Under the pieces are notes generated by a model, which worked only from the letters and a program-made list of their open reading frames with translations, ran no database searches and was not told where the DNA came from. Of a DNA stretch of 64,000 nucleotides, positions 41,294 to 52,473 are shown in pieces. The translations under genes were made by a program, and so were the position numbers. The stretch is taken from the IMG/VR virus record IMGVR_UViG_3300050343_000130, one strand, 5' to 3'. Position 1 is the first letter of the stretch. Each line of letters opens with the position of its first letter. The DNA is from an uncultured virus (IMG/VR IMGVR_UViG_3300050343_000130) (lineage: Duplodnaviria; Heunggongvirae; Uroviricota; Caudoviricetes; Crassvirales).

Positions 41294-42517
41294 ATGGCAA
41301 ATAACGCATTAATACAAGGAGCCGCTTTAACTGGCAGAAAATTTTTAGATGTTGGAGGTGCCGTAGCGCAGGGACTAGCCACTTCTATGGTAGCTGCTCC
41401 TGGGACTGCCCCAGCGGGTAGGGTGGCTGAAAATAAAGCAATACAAAATAAAGTGAATTCTTACATGAGTAAGATGAAAACTGATATGGATTTCACTAGC
41501 TTTAGCCCCTCTGAAACAAAAACAATGCGCAACTTTTTAATGAACCAGCGTAACATATATGCAAACGCTGCCAAAAAGGCTGCGGAATTCGAAGACACTA
41601 CGGATCCGAACTACATGCTATACGTAGATCAAATGCAAAACGTTAACAATAGCTTTACAAATTTAGCGTCTCAATTAAAATCTTATAAAGAAGGTAAGCT
41701 TGAATATGCTAAAACAATGCAAGAAGGTTTGTATTCAGATGGCAACTCACCACAAAGATCTAAAGAAGCATCTATCATATACGGATTTTATGACAGTGAT
41801 GGTGATGGCAGAAGTGAAGCTAGATACGACGCACCTTTTCAAATACAAGATGGAGGTAATATAGCTTTCAATGTAGGTGGTCAGGACATATCCTATAATA
41901 GCATGGAAGAACCATTTCTTAAAGATACTAAATTTTTAAACGGATTAAATACAACTTCTGAAAATGCTTATAACTCAGGTTTGAGCGGCAAGCCTAATAA
42001 TCCATACTCACAAGATTCTTACAACCAGCAGCTAAACGACGCTTTGCAAAATGAAAATACTTTAAGGTCGATTATATATGATTTTAATGCAGAGGCACCT
42101 ATGTCCGATATCGGTAATAGTTTAGATAATGGCAGTATAGATATACCTCAAGCTAGAGAATTAGTTAAGCAAAGACTTCTTCAAACAAGAGAAGATGCTT
42201 ATAAAAAAGGCAAAAAACAATATGACAAAAAGAAAGAAGGGTTAGGCTCGCAAGGCTTTAATTTAAGTGGAAGTCAAATTGCATCTAATAACGAAAACAC
42301 TGAAATATTAAATGCATGGGCCAGTGACACTACTATAACTGGACCCAAGAAGTTTAATTATATTGTAAGATCACCTAGGTCAAGAGCAACAACAACTCAG
42401 CGAGCGTATGAAATAAGTAAAACTGCTGATGGAAGATATTTCTTAATAAGCAATGGAAGACCAGAAGCCTTAAGCCCAGAATTAGCAAAAGAAATGTTTA
42501 ATATAGATTTAAAATAA
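41294..42517 (+). CDS. putative ejection/internal virion protein 2
   Basis: Position and helical composition. Confidence 0.55.
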   Translation: MANNALIQGAALTGRKFLDVGGAVAQGLATSMVAAPGTAPAGRVAENKAIQNKVNSYMSKMKTDMDFTSFSPSETKTMRNFLMNQRNIYANAAKKAAEFEDTTDPNYMLYVDQMQNVNNSFTNLASQLKSYKEGKLEYAKTMQEGLYSDGNSPQRSKEASIIYGFYDSDGDGRSEARYDAPFQIQDGGNIAFNVGGQDISYNSMEEPFLKDTKFLNGLNTTSENAYNSGLSGKPNNPYSQDSYNQQLNDALQNENTLRSIIYDFNAEAPMSDIGNSLDNGSIDIPQARELVKQRLLQTREDAYKKGKKQYDKKKEGLGSQGFNLSGSQIASNNENTEILNAWASDTTITGPKKFNYIVRSPRSRATTTQRAYEISKTADGRYFLISNGRPEALSPELAKEMFNIDLK

Positions 42518-42528
42518 AATATAATATT

Positions 42529-45500
42529 ATGCCAAAATATACAGATTCAAATGGTAACGTTGTTTCAGAAGAACAGGTTGCTCAGGATATGGCTATAGTC
42601 GAGTTTACTGATTTACAAACTTACTTAGAATTTGCAGGCTTAAAGCCAGTAAAGGAAAACGGAGTTGCGGAGACGGGTGCGTCTGCGGCTCCAGACAACA
42701 ATCAAGCGCTCAATCAAAAGGGAGTAGATACGGGATCCAATTGGGATCAAGATTCTTTGGATACGTCAAATACTGAAGAAGCAAAGCCAATTGACAATGT
42801 TCGCTATATAAAATTCAAAAGCGGTGCTGTAGTTTATGAAGATGAATATTTAGATAAATATGCTGGCACTGAAAGGTTCCCAGCCAGCTTTGATGATTAT
42901 GCCGCAAAATTTAAAACAAAACCTATCACACCTTCTCCGTCTAATGTAGAGCTAGAAGAAGTTGTGGTTGAAGCAAAGCTTAGTCCTGAAGTAAAAAAAG
43001 CGCAAGATAATGCAATCAAATACGTTCAAACAATTGATAGCAAAAATGAAATAACTTTAAAGGGTGAAATAGGTATTAATTACTTTAACCTTACTGACGA
43101 GTATAATGGTATTGGAAAACTTGAACCTAAGTTTAAAAGAGAGCAGCAATTTAAAACTCTTCCTGGCGGGAGAAAATCAGGGTATTCAGAATATGTTAAT
43201 GATATTGATACAGATTTTAAAAATGAACTAGGTGAAACTAAATACAATCAATGGCAAGCTATATTAAAAGCAGCAGGAGATACAGTAATAACTAAAGAAA
43301 ATATTGCTGAATTTATAGATTTAGCTAAAATAGATAATGCTACTAAATCTGAAGTTGTAAATTCTGCTAAGAATAAAGCTTCGGAATTATTTATATACGA
43401 TAATGATTTATCTGAAGCTGAGCAGGAAAAAATGTTAATGAACCTGCCTTATAGCTCAAAGACTAAAGCGGCTATGCGGGAAGAGGTTGCCAAAAGAAAA
43501 CAAGATGAAATTGATTTTGAAAATAAATTTGGTAGAACTTTAGTAAGAGAAGAAACACTACAAGGTAGAACTTATAAGCCTTATTCGCTTGCGGTGAATG
43601 AAAACATGTTCGACGATATCATAGCAAAAGAAAACGCAACTTTAAAAACTGATTTTGAAGCAATAAATATTGACGCTAAAAAATTTATATCTGCACAAAA
43701 TGATTTTACACAAGTAAGATCTCAATATGAAAACGAATTAATTGATTTAGAAAATCAAATAAAAAATTATTCAACAGATAATTATTCTTCTCCAGAAGAA
43801 ATAAATATTAGAAATTCATTTGTAACAAGATATAATGACATTTTGTCCTTAGCTAACTCTGAAGCCATGCAGTCTCAATGGAAAGACCTAACCGCATCTA
43901 GGGCTGAATTAAAAGAAAGAAGTGACGCTTTGACATTAAGAGCTAAACAACTTAATGATTTAAATATAGGTGCTGGCGCAATTGGCAAAAGTTATGAATT
44001 AGGAGATCAGTTCGCCCAAGTAATGGAAGAAAGCTTTTTAGGAACTTCCGCTATGTTAGGAGGGTCTGTTTTTAAGTTAATTGGTAATATTGCAACCATA
44101 GGACAAACAGAAGACGAGGCAATGCAGAATAGCTTTTATAGGGATATGAAAGATATGAAAATGGCAGCCGTTGATTATAATGAAAGACTTCAAAAAAGAA
44201 GGGAAAATTATTTGCCTTCGCGAATTGAATGGGACGATAAAGAGGCTGGATGGGGTGATTACGTAAGCACTATGCTGGTTGAAAATTCTCCTTCTATACT
44301 AACTGCTATGGGTACATTAGGGGCAAGCTCTGCTGGTGTTTTATCAGTAAAGGCAGCCACTAACGTTGGTACAGGCATATTTTTTGTTATGGAAGCTGGA
44401 GGCCAAATGTCAGGACTAGAAATAGCGCAAAGAAATGCAGATGAAATAATATTGTCTTTAAATGAAGAGCTAAAAACAGCGGTAGGTGACTCTGAAAAAA
44501 GAGAAATACAAAGACAAATTCAAGAGCAAAAAGATATATTAAATTTATCTCAATGGAAAAAATCATTAAGTAGCTTGGTATACGGAGGTACAGCTGCTGT
44601 GGCAGAACGGTTTGGTACATTAAATTTTATAAATAATTTTCAAAAATATTCTAGAGCTATTGGGGCTAACCAGTTTAAAAAGTTAGTCGGCGATGGCATG
44701 GCTAGAACATTAGCTAAAACAACAGGAACGATTGCTGGCGTTGGAATGGGAGGAGGAATAGAACTGCTAGAAGAAGGTTTTACTTTAATCGGCCAAAACA
44801 TATCAGATGTTGCTATATTAAAAGAAGATAAAAATATATTTGAGGGATTAGACAAAGATTTTATTGCGAACACATTAGCTACAAGCATGGCTATATCCGG
44901 CCCTCAAGCTTCTCAAAATATATATTCTATTGTAAAGTCAGAAGTAATATCTAGAAGGGAAGCAAGAGAGGAATCTAAACTTAGAGACGAAATATTAGGC
45001 TTACAAAATAGTATAAACGGAGATAAACTTACTGCGGAAGAAAGAAAGAGAGCAAGGAGAAAGAAGTACGAACTAATGACAGAATTAGGTTTACAAAATA
45101 CAGAAGCTGTATTAAAAATAAACGATATGACTGCTCAAGAGTTTGAAAATGTAACCGAAATTAATAGAGAAATGAGAGCTTTAGAAAACGAAGCCTCACA
45201 GTTAGGGGCCGGAGGAGACGTTTCTGGTTATGCCTTGAATGAATTAAAAAATTTAAAATCTAAATATAAAGATTTAATATCTCAGAGAGAAGCCATACTT
45301 GAAAGGCAAAAAAATGAAATAGACAAGTTATTTGATAGCGATGGCGAATTAAATGTAAACAAACAATATTCGGCTCAGTTATTTAATTTTGCTAAAAATA
45401 TAATTAAAAATAATAAAGGCACAAAAAGTCAAAATTTTACCACAAGTGCAGATGCTATAAAATTTATTAAAGAAAATCATTCAAAATGGTTTGCTGATTT

Positions 45501-48500
45501 AAATGATCAAGATAAAAAAGATTTTGAAAGCGGACAATGGGGAGGACTAAACATCGGTAATAATATATATACAAACCAAGAGTCTGTGTATAATGATATT
45601 AATACTGGTAATTTAAGAGTTGGGCAAATGGCAGCGATGTCACCTTTGCATGAACTCGGCCATATTCAAGCTGTCAAAGCAGGAATAATAAAAGACGAGA
45701 AATTTGTTGGAGACGCGAACGCTATGATAAATGGCGTAAAACAAGAGGTTGCTAACTTATTTAATCAAAGAAAAATATCAGCTGAGGATTATAAATTATT
45801 CCAAGATAGAATGGCCCAGTATATAGACGCTAATACAGGCCAAGTAAATGCAGATGAACTAATACAACTTATCGGAGACTTCACTAATTTAGGTATATTA
45901 CCAAGAAGTTCTTTTAATAGTGTTTTTGAAATTAAAAACTTTGTTAGTAATTTAATGAAGAAGGCAAATGGTGATGCGGAAATGTATTTTAGATTTAATA
46001 AACCAGAAAACGTATTTGGTTTTGTTAATTCTTGGACAAAAAAAGCTATTGGTGGAAAACAATTAGGTGGTATTGAAGATAAAGAAAAAAGCAAAGCTAA
46101 GCTAAGTAAATCTCAAGTACAACTTGAAAAAACAAAAGCTAAGTTTAAAGAATTAGAATCTAATTTCCAATCAGGAGCAGCCCAAAATGCGATAGCTAGT
46201 GAGTTGTTTAACATGGTTGACACACAAATTGGTAATAGATTTAATTTAAGGCCACAAGTAAAACAAGATCTTAGAGATGATGTAATTGAACGAATATATA
46301 AAGCACAAGAAACTACAAAATGGGACGGTAGAGGTAGCTTATATGGCTTTATAAACGGTCGTATTGCTAAAAGAATACTTGATGCTTTAAGAGGTGATCA
46401 ATCTTATTTGGAAAATATTGATAATAATCAATTTGAGCAATTAGAAAAAGCAGCAGCTGTAGTGGTGGAGGATAAACCTGTTACTCAAAAAGCAAAACCA
46501 CAATATAAAAATTTATTAAAAAGTAATGTGCTATCTAGCGAAGCTATAGCAAATATAAATTCAAAAGTATTAACAATAGTACGAACGCTTAAATCTAAAT
46601 TAAACGAAAAAATTTCTAATAATAGAACCGTTACACCTTTAATCGCTGAGATTAAAAAAGAAATGGGGAAGCAGGCTGATATTGATTTAAAGAAAGCTAT
46701 GGGCGGTATTAAAGATAATGCCATACAGAAATTTCTTACTAAAAATAAAAAAGCTATATTAGAAAACATGACCACTACGTGGTTAATGGGTGCTATCCCA
46801 AGTGCTGTACAAAAGCAAGTTGATGGAAAGTTTATATCTAATTGGAAAGGCCAAAAAATTGATAGAGAAACCGTTGGAACAGATAATGCGGGTAGAACAT
46901 CTGGCGCGGAAATAACACGAAGAAAGCCAAATGTAGCATCAATGCCTGATGCGGAATTCTTAAGTTATTTTATTGCTGACAATAAACTCATTAGAGGCAG
47001 GAAAGAATCACTTGCTAAAGCAATGGCTGAAGAAATATCTTTAGAAATATTTAACACTGAGCTACAGAATGAAAATAGCGAGATAAGCAAGGCTTTTGAA
47101 CAAAATCAAACATTAAAAGGTGTAGAGCTATTAGACAATTATATAGTAGAAGTTGCTAAACAAACAGAAAGAGGAAATGCTAAGTTTAGCAAATCACTAA
47201 GTGCTAACGAGGCTAATATTGTAAAAAGTAAAGCGAATCAATTAAAAAATAAGTTAATAAAAGCTGATGTAAAATTAACTGCCAAAAGATTATTACCATT
47301 TTTAATAGACACGTACCCTGAAATAGACGAAAAAAGATTAAAATCTTTTGCTACAGAAGCTATACAATCTATACAAAGATATATTAAAAAAATTGAAATA
47401 ACCGATAAAGTTGATTTTGGTAATTTTATTTTTGAAGGGATGTCTTTAAAAGAAAGCAATAGTAATTTATTAAAGTTTTTTGGATTTTTAAAAAATGATG
47501 TAGAGTCTTTAGGTGCGTTGTTTAATAACCCTGATCTTATAGCAGAACAAAGGGGTCTTGAGCTTTCTTATAATACTAATTTAATTTTAAAAGAAGGCGC
47601 TGATGGATTAATAAAAATATTAAGATGGGGAAGGGGCCATAATGTTACTTCAGGAAAAATTGGTGGTGGTAGAAATCAAATTTATGCAGGCAACCCCGAT
47701 TATTTAGATAATAATTTAAATAATATACCAGATGTTGAAGTAGTTTATAAAAAAGGCAAATCAACTTCTATTAAAGCTGTTTTCTATAAAGGTATTGAAG
47801 TAGAAAAATGGAAAGAAAGGATACAATCCCCAGCCCAAAAACCCGCAGGTGGAATAGAAGGCTTTAGAAAGGATTCTCAAATTAGAGAAGATGCTGCAAG
47901 AGAAGCGTGGACTTACTTAACGGACTATCTACAACACGTAAAAGATAACGGCTCTAAAATAAACTGGGTCATGACTATGATGAGTTTGAAATCGAACATG
48001 TCATCCGTCCTTAAAGCGGCGGCTCCTGTTAAGTATTACTTTAACGGTAATTACAAAGGGCCATTAAGGTATGAGCATATGATACCTACCGAATACATGG
48101 TGCTAAAACTTACCGACTATTATTATAATGGCAAAAGCTTTGATTTAAATACCTTAAGGGACAAGTATAATGTTGCTATTATTCCTGTAATAATGGACAA
48201 TAATTTTAACGTTCTTACTCAGTCTCAAATGAACAGTTCGTTTGATCCAATGGTTGATTCCGAAGTTGATAGATATTTTAATGAAAACACCTATGGATAT
48301 CCTAATATGTTTCCTATAGAATCTTTAACCGGAGAAACTAAGGGTAATATTGAGGGTGAAACTTGGGTAAAATTTAACAACGTTTTAAAGCCACAGGCTG
48401 CGAAAATGTCTAAGTCAATGCGTATAGCAGATAAGGCTATGAACGCTGCTAGAATGCCAGACTACGGAGTAAACCCAAAAGGAATTAGTGTTTATGACTT

Positions 48501-51188
48501 TGACGATACTTTAGCTTTTAGTAAAAGTAAAATTATTGTAACTATGCCCGACGGTAAAGTTACTAAGATCACACCTGCTGAATTTGCAGCTAAAGACGAA
48601 ATACTTTCAGAACAAGGAGCGTCTTTTGATTTTAGTGAATTTAACAAAGTTGTTCAAGGTACTAAAGGGCCATTAGCAGCTAGACTAGAAAAAGCAATAA
48701 AGAAATTCGGCAATAAAAATATATATGTTTTAACTGCTAGGCCACAAGCGTCAGCACCTGCTATATACGAATTTTTAAAAGGTATTGGTTTAGAAATACC
48801 ATTAGAAAATATAACTGGATTACAAGACGGAAGACCTTCTGCTAAAGCTGACTGGATGATTGAGAAATTTTCAGAAGGTTACAATGATTTTTATTTTGTA
48901 GATGATGCATATAAAAATGTTAAAGCGGTGCAAGATGTGTTAAGTGTTTTAGATGTGAAGTCTAAAGTGCAGCAAGCTAGAGCAAAATTCAGTAGATCAT
49001 TAAGTTCTGAGTTTAATAAAATGATTGAACGTAACAAAGGTGTTACTGCTGAAGCTCAATTTTCAAATGCTGTTGCTAAAAGAAGAGGAGCTAATATTGG
49101 TAAATACAAATGGTTTATACCATCGTCGGCTGATGACTTTAGAGGATTGACACAATATACTTTTGCAGGTAAAGGAAAACAAGGTGAAGCAGATCAAGCG
49201 TTTTTTGAAAAAGCTTTAATGGATCCCTACTTCGCGGGAATATCTGCTATTGAATCATCGAGACAGATGATGAAAAATGCTTATGCTAATTTGTTAAAAC
49301 AAATGAAGCCAGTAAGAAAGAAGCTTAATAAATTAATACCTGATACAAGCTATACTTATGATCAAGCTATAAGGGTTTATTTATGGAACAAAGCAGGATA
49401 CGATATTCCAGGTTTATCTAAAAGAGATTTAAAAAAGTTACTTAGTATAATTAATAATGACTCGGATTTATCGGCGTTCGCTGATGGGGCTTTGTTATCT
49501 TCTAAGCAAGATCAATGGTCCGAACCCTCTGAGCACTGGCAAGCTGGGACTATACTTAAAGATTTAAATGAGTTAACTGAAAAAGTAAATAGAAAAGAAT
49601 ACTTAGGTGAGTTTATAGCTAATTCAGAAATATTATTCAGTCCTGAGAACATGAACAAAATTGAAGCTTTATATGGATCTAGACATAGGGAGGCTTTAGA
49701 GGATGCACTATATAGAATGCGTAATGGGACTAATAGACCATCGGGTGGCAATAGATTAACAAACGCGTGGAATAACTGGGTTAATAATTCTGTAGGTACT
49801 ATTATGTTCTTCAATAGAAGATCGGCTTTATTACAGTTATTATCAACAGTAAACTTTATAAATTGGTCTGATAATAATCCGTTAAAAGCTAGTATAGCTT
49901 TTGCTAATCAGCCACAATACTGGAAAGATTGGGTTAGAATATTTAATTCTGATAAACTAAAGCAAAGACGTGGTGGTTTAAAATCAGATATACAAGAGCA
50001 AGAGATAGCGAGTCAGGCTAAAAACTCTAAAGATAAGTCATCAGCTATAATAGCTTACTTATTAAAAATAGGTTTTACGCCAACACAAATTGCAGATAGT
50101 ATGGCCATCGCAACAGGTGGAGCAACGTTTTATAGAAATAGAATAAACACGTACCTTAAACAAGATATGTCAAAAGAAGAAGCTGAAGCAAAAGCTTGGG
50201 CAGACTTTAGTAAAATATCAGACGAAGCACAGCAATCGGGTGACCCGGCTTTAGTATCTCAACAGCAAGCTAGTGTCCTAGGTAGATTAGTGTTAGCTTT
50301 CCAAAATACACCTATGCAATATACTAGGTTAATGAAAAAAGCTGGGCTTGACATTATAAACAGACGTGGTGATTTTAAAACAAATTTTAGTAAAATAATA
50401 TATTACGGTGCTGTTCAAAACTTTATATTCTCAGCGTTGCAGAATGCATTGTTTGCTATGATTCCTGGGTTTGATGATGAAGAAGAAACTGAAGAAGATA
50501 AGAAAAAGAAAGAAAACCAAAAGACTGGCAGAATAATACATAGTATGGTAGATACTATATTAAGAGGATCTGGTTTAGCCGGAGCAGTTGCAACTACCAC
50601 TAAAAATACTATTAGAAAATTTTTAGAGCAAGAAGAAAAAGGTTTTACCGCAGATCATACCTACACTATTATTGAAGCGGCTAACATATCACCACCTATA
50701 GGATCTAAATTAAGAAAACTATACGGAGCAATACAAACATGGAAGTTTGATAAAGACGTTGTTAAGGAAAGAGGTTTTGATGTTACTTTAAATGGTAAAT
50801 TAAACATTAGCCCAACATACAATATAATAGGTAATCTGTCATCTGCTTTAGTAAACTTACCGCTTGATAGAGCTTTAATGGAAGTTGAAGGTATTGTTGA
50901 AGCGTTAGATGAAAGAAATACTTTATACCAAAGAATAGCTTTAGCTTTAGGTTGGAGAACTTGGGGTGTGGGTGCTAAAAATGAAGAAGAAGATCTTATA
51001 AAGGATGCTGCTAAAGCAAAAAGAAAAGAAGAAGGAAAATTAAAAGCAAAAGAAACTAGAAGAGTTAATAAAGATGCTTTATAAAACTTGAATTAGAAAT
51101 AGATGGTGATAATTTTATTGAGTATTATGAATGGAAAAAAGGTAAAAGTATCAAAGATAAAATAGAATGGCTTAAATCAAAAAAATAA
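42529..51188 (+). CDS. giant polyvalent ejection protein: metallopeptidase + sigma-like + unknown + HAD phosphatase + C-terminal domain (ORF ends 51084; likely frameshift extends to 51188)
   Basis: HELGH at 45649; sigma region-2-like segment 46200-46400; DFDDT/LTARP/VDD HAD motifs 48496-48910; four AK[LFM]S[KR]S linkers. Confidence 0.75.
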
Positions 51189-51496
51189 TGAACGAACCAA
51201 TTACAATTAGAGTACGAAAAGCTAGAAGCAACGTAAAAGCACCAGAGGGTATGGAAATATCCATGAATGCAGATGGCAGTGGTGGTGCTGTCCCAGAAAA
51301 AAATCCATCACCTGCTAAAAAAATTGGACCTCAAGGCTTAGGCGTTAAAGGCAACAATGGGTATAGTATAGGATCACCGGCTAAAGCAAAAGATGCATGC
51401 TACCATAAAGCGAAAGCAAAGTATGATGTATTCCCTTCTGCTTATGCATCGGGATATATAGCTAAGTGCAGAAAAAAGAAAGGTAATATAAAATAG
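51188..51496 (+). CDS. basic SPAK-motif protein
   Basis: SPAK twice; DACYHKAK...FPSAYASG..KCRK C-terminus. Confidence 0.65.
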   Translation: MNEPITIRVRKARSNVKAPEGMEISMNADGSGGAVPEKNPSPAKKIGPQGLGVKGNNGYSIGSPAKAKDACYHKAKAKYDVFPSAYASGYIAKCRKKKGNIK

Positions 51497-51497
51497 T

Positions 51498-51755
51498 ATG
51501 GCTTTTAAAATGAACTCACCTTTGAAAGTTAAGAAAACTAAAAAGGGCGCATCACTTAGGCGTTGGTTTAAAGAAGAATGGAAAACACCAAAGGGGAAAG
51601 AAGATTACACAGACGGCGAAAATACTTTTAGACCAACTAAAAGAGTGACAAAAGATACACCAGCAACTTGGAACGAATTAACTCCTGCTGAAAAAGCAAG
51701 AGGTCAAAAAGAAAAAAATACTAAAGGTAGAGTTAGTAGATATAAAAAAAAATAA
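51498..51755 (+). CDS. basic SPLK-motif protein
   Basis: MAFKMNSPLK start; LRRWFKEEW motif. Confidence 0.65.
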   Translation: MAFKMNSPLKVKKTKKGASLRRWFKEEWKTPKGKEDYTDGENTFRPTKRVTKDTPATWNELTPAEKARGQKEKNTKGRVSRYKKK

Positions 51756-51756
51756 A

Positions 51757-51927
51757 ATGACTATAGACGACGCAAAATTGTACGCATTAAACACAACAAC
51801 ACTTGGGGCAACAACTTTTATGCATTTCGAAGACGCTTTAAAAATAATACTATTGCTAGTAACTATAGGTTATACAATATCAAAATGGATTGGTGTTAAG
51901 AAAGATAAAAAGAAATGCGACAAATAA
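51757..51927 (+). CDS. small membrane protein (holin-like)
   Basis: Translated by hand: MTIDDAKLYALN...KIILLLVTIGYTISKW...; overlaps endolysin start. Confidence 0.55.
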   Translation: MTIDDAKLYALNTTTLGATTFMHFEDALKIILLLVTIGYTISKWIGVKKDKKKCDK

Positions 51928-52340
51928 ATAAACTAATAGTACACTGTTCCGCTACACAAGAAGGTAGAGAATTAGATGCGGCTGAAATAAATCGGTGGCA
52001 TTTAAAAAGAGGTTGGAAAGGCATAGGGTATCATTATGTTATTTTGTTAGATGGTACCATAGAATATGGTCGCAACATATATGAGCAAGGTGCTCACGTT
52101 AAAAATCATAATAAAGGATCAATAGGAATTTGTTATATTGGAGGTGTTGAATCAGAACGTGGCTCTAATGGTAAATGGATTGCTAAGGATACTAGAACAC
52201 CAGAACAAAAAGAAAGCTTATTATTATTGCTTAAAACATTAAAGAAGATGCATCCGGATGCCACGATACATGGCCACAACGAATTTGCCGCGAAAAGTTG
52301 CCCGTGCTTTGATGCAAAAGAAGAATATTGTAATATATAA
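51915..52340 (+). CDS. N-acetylmuramoyl-L-alanine amidase (T7 lysozyme-like endolysin)
   Basis: IVHCSAT, IGYHYVI, GAHV, SIGICY, GHNE..AKSCP. Confidence 0.92.
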   Translation: MRQINKLIVHCSATQEGRELDAAEINRWHLKRGWKGIGYHYVILLDGTIEYGRNIYEQGAHVKNHNKGSIGICYIGGVESERGSNGKWIAKDTRTPEQKESLLLLLKTLKKMHPDATIHGHNEFAAKSCPCFDAKEEYCNI

Positions 52341-52374
52341 AAAAAAAAGGAGGCTAACTACAACCTCCCTTTTT
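52341..52374. terminator. bidirectional intrinsic terminator at convergent junction
   Basis: A-run, GGAGG...CCTCC stem, T-run. Confidence 0.65.
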
Positions 52375-52376
52375 CC

Positions 52377-52400
52377 AACTAACTAACTAACTAACTAACT
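52377..52400. repeat. (AACT)6 tandem repeat
   Basis: Six direct AACT units. Confidence 0.85.
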
Positions 52401-52473
52401 AATACATATAAATTATTGAATTTTTTATACACATTAGTTTTTATATGTATAAAAAAGTCATAACTTCTATCCT

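Noticed and set aside
42529..51084. Virion RNA polymerase like crAss-like phages or N4
   Set aside because: No DxDGD/DFDID catalytic motif in an RNAP context; the DFDDT is followed by HAD motifs II and IV, so it is a HAD phosphatase.
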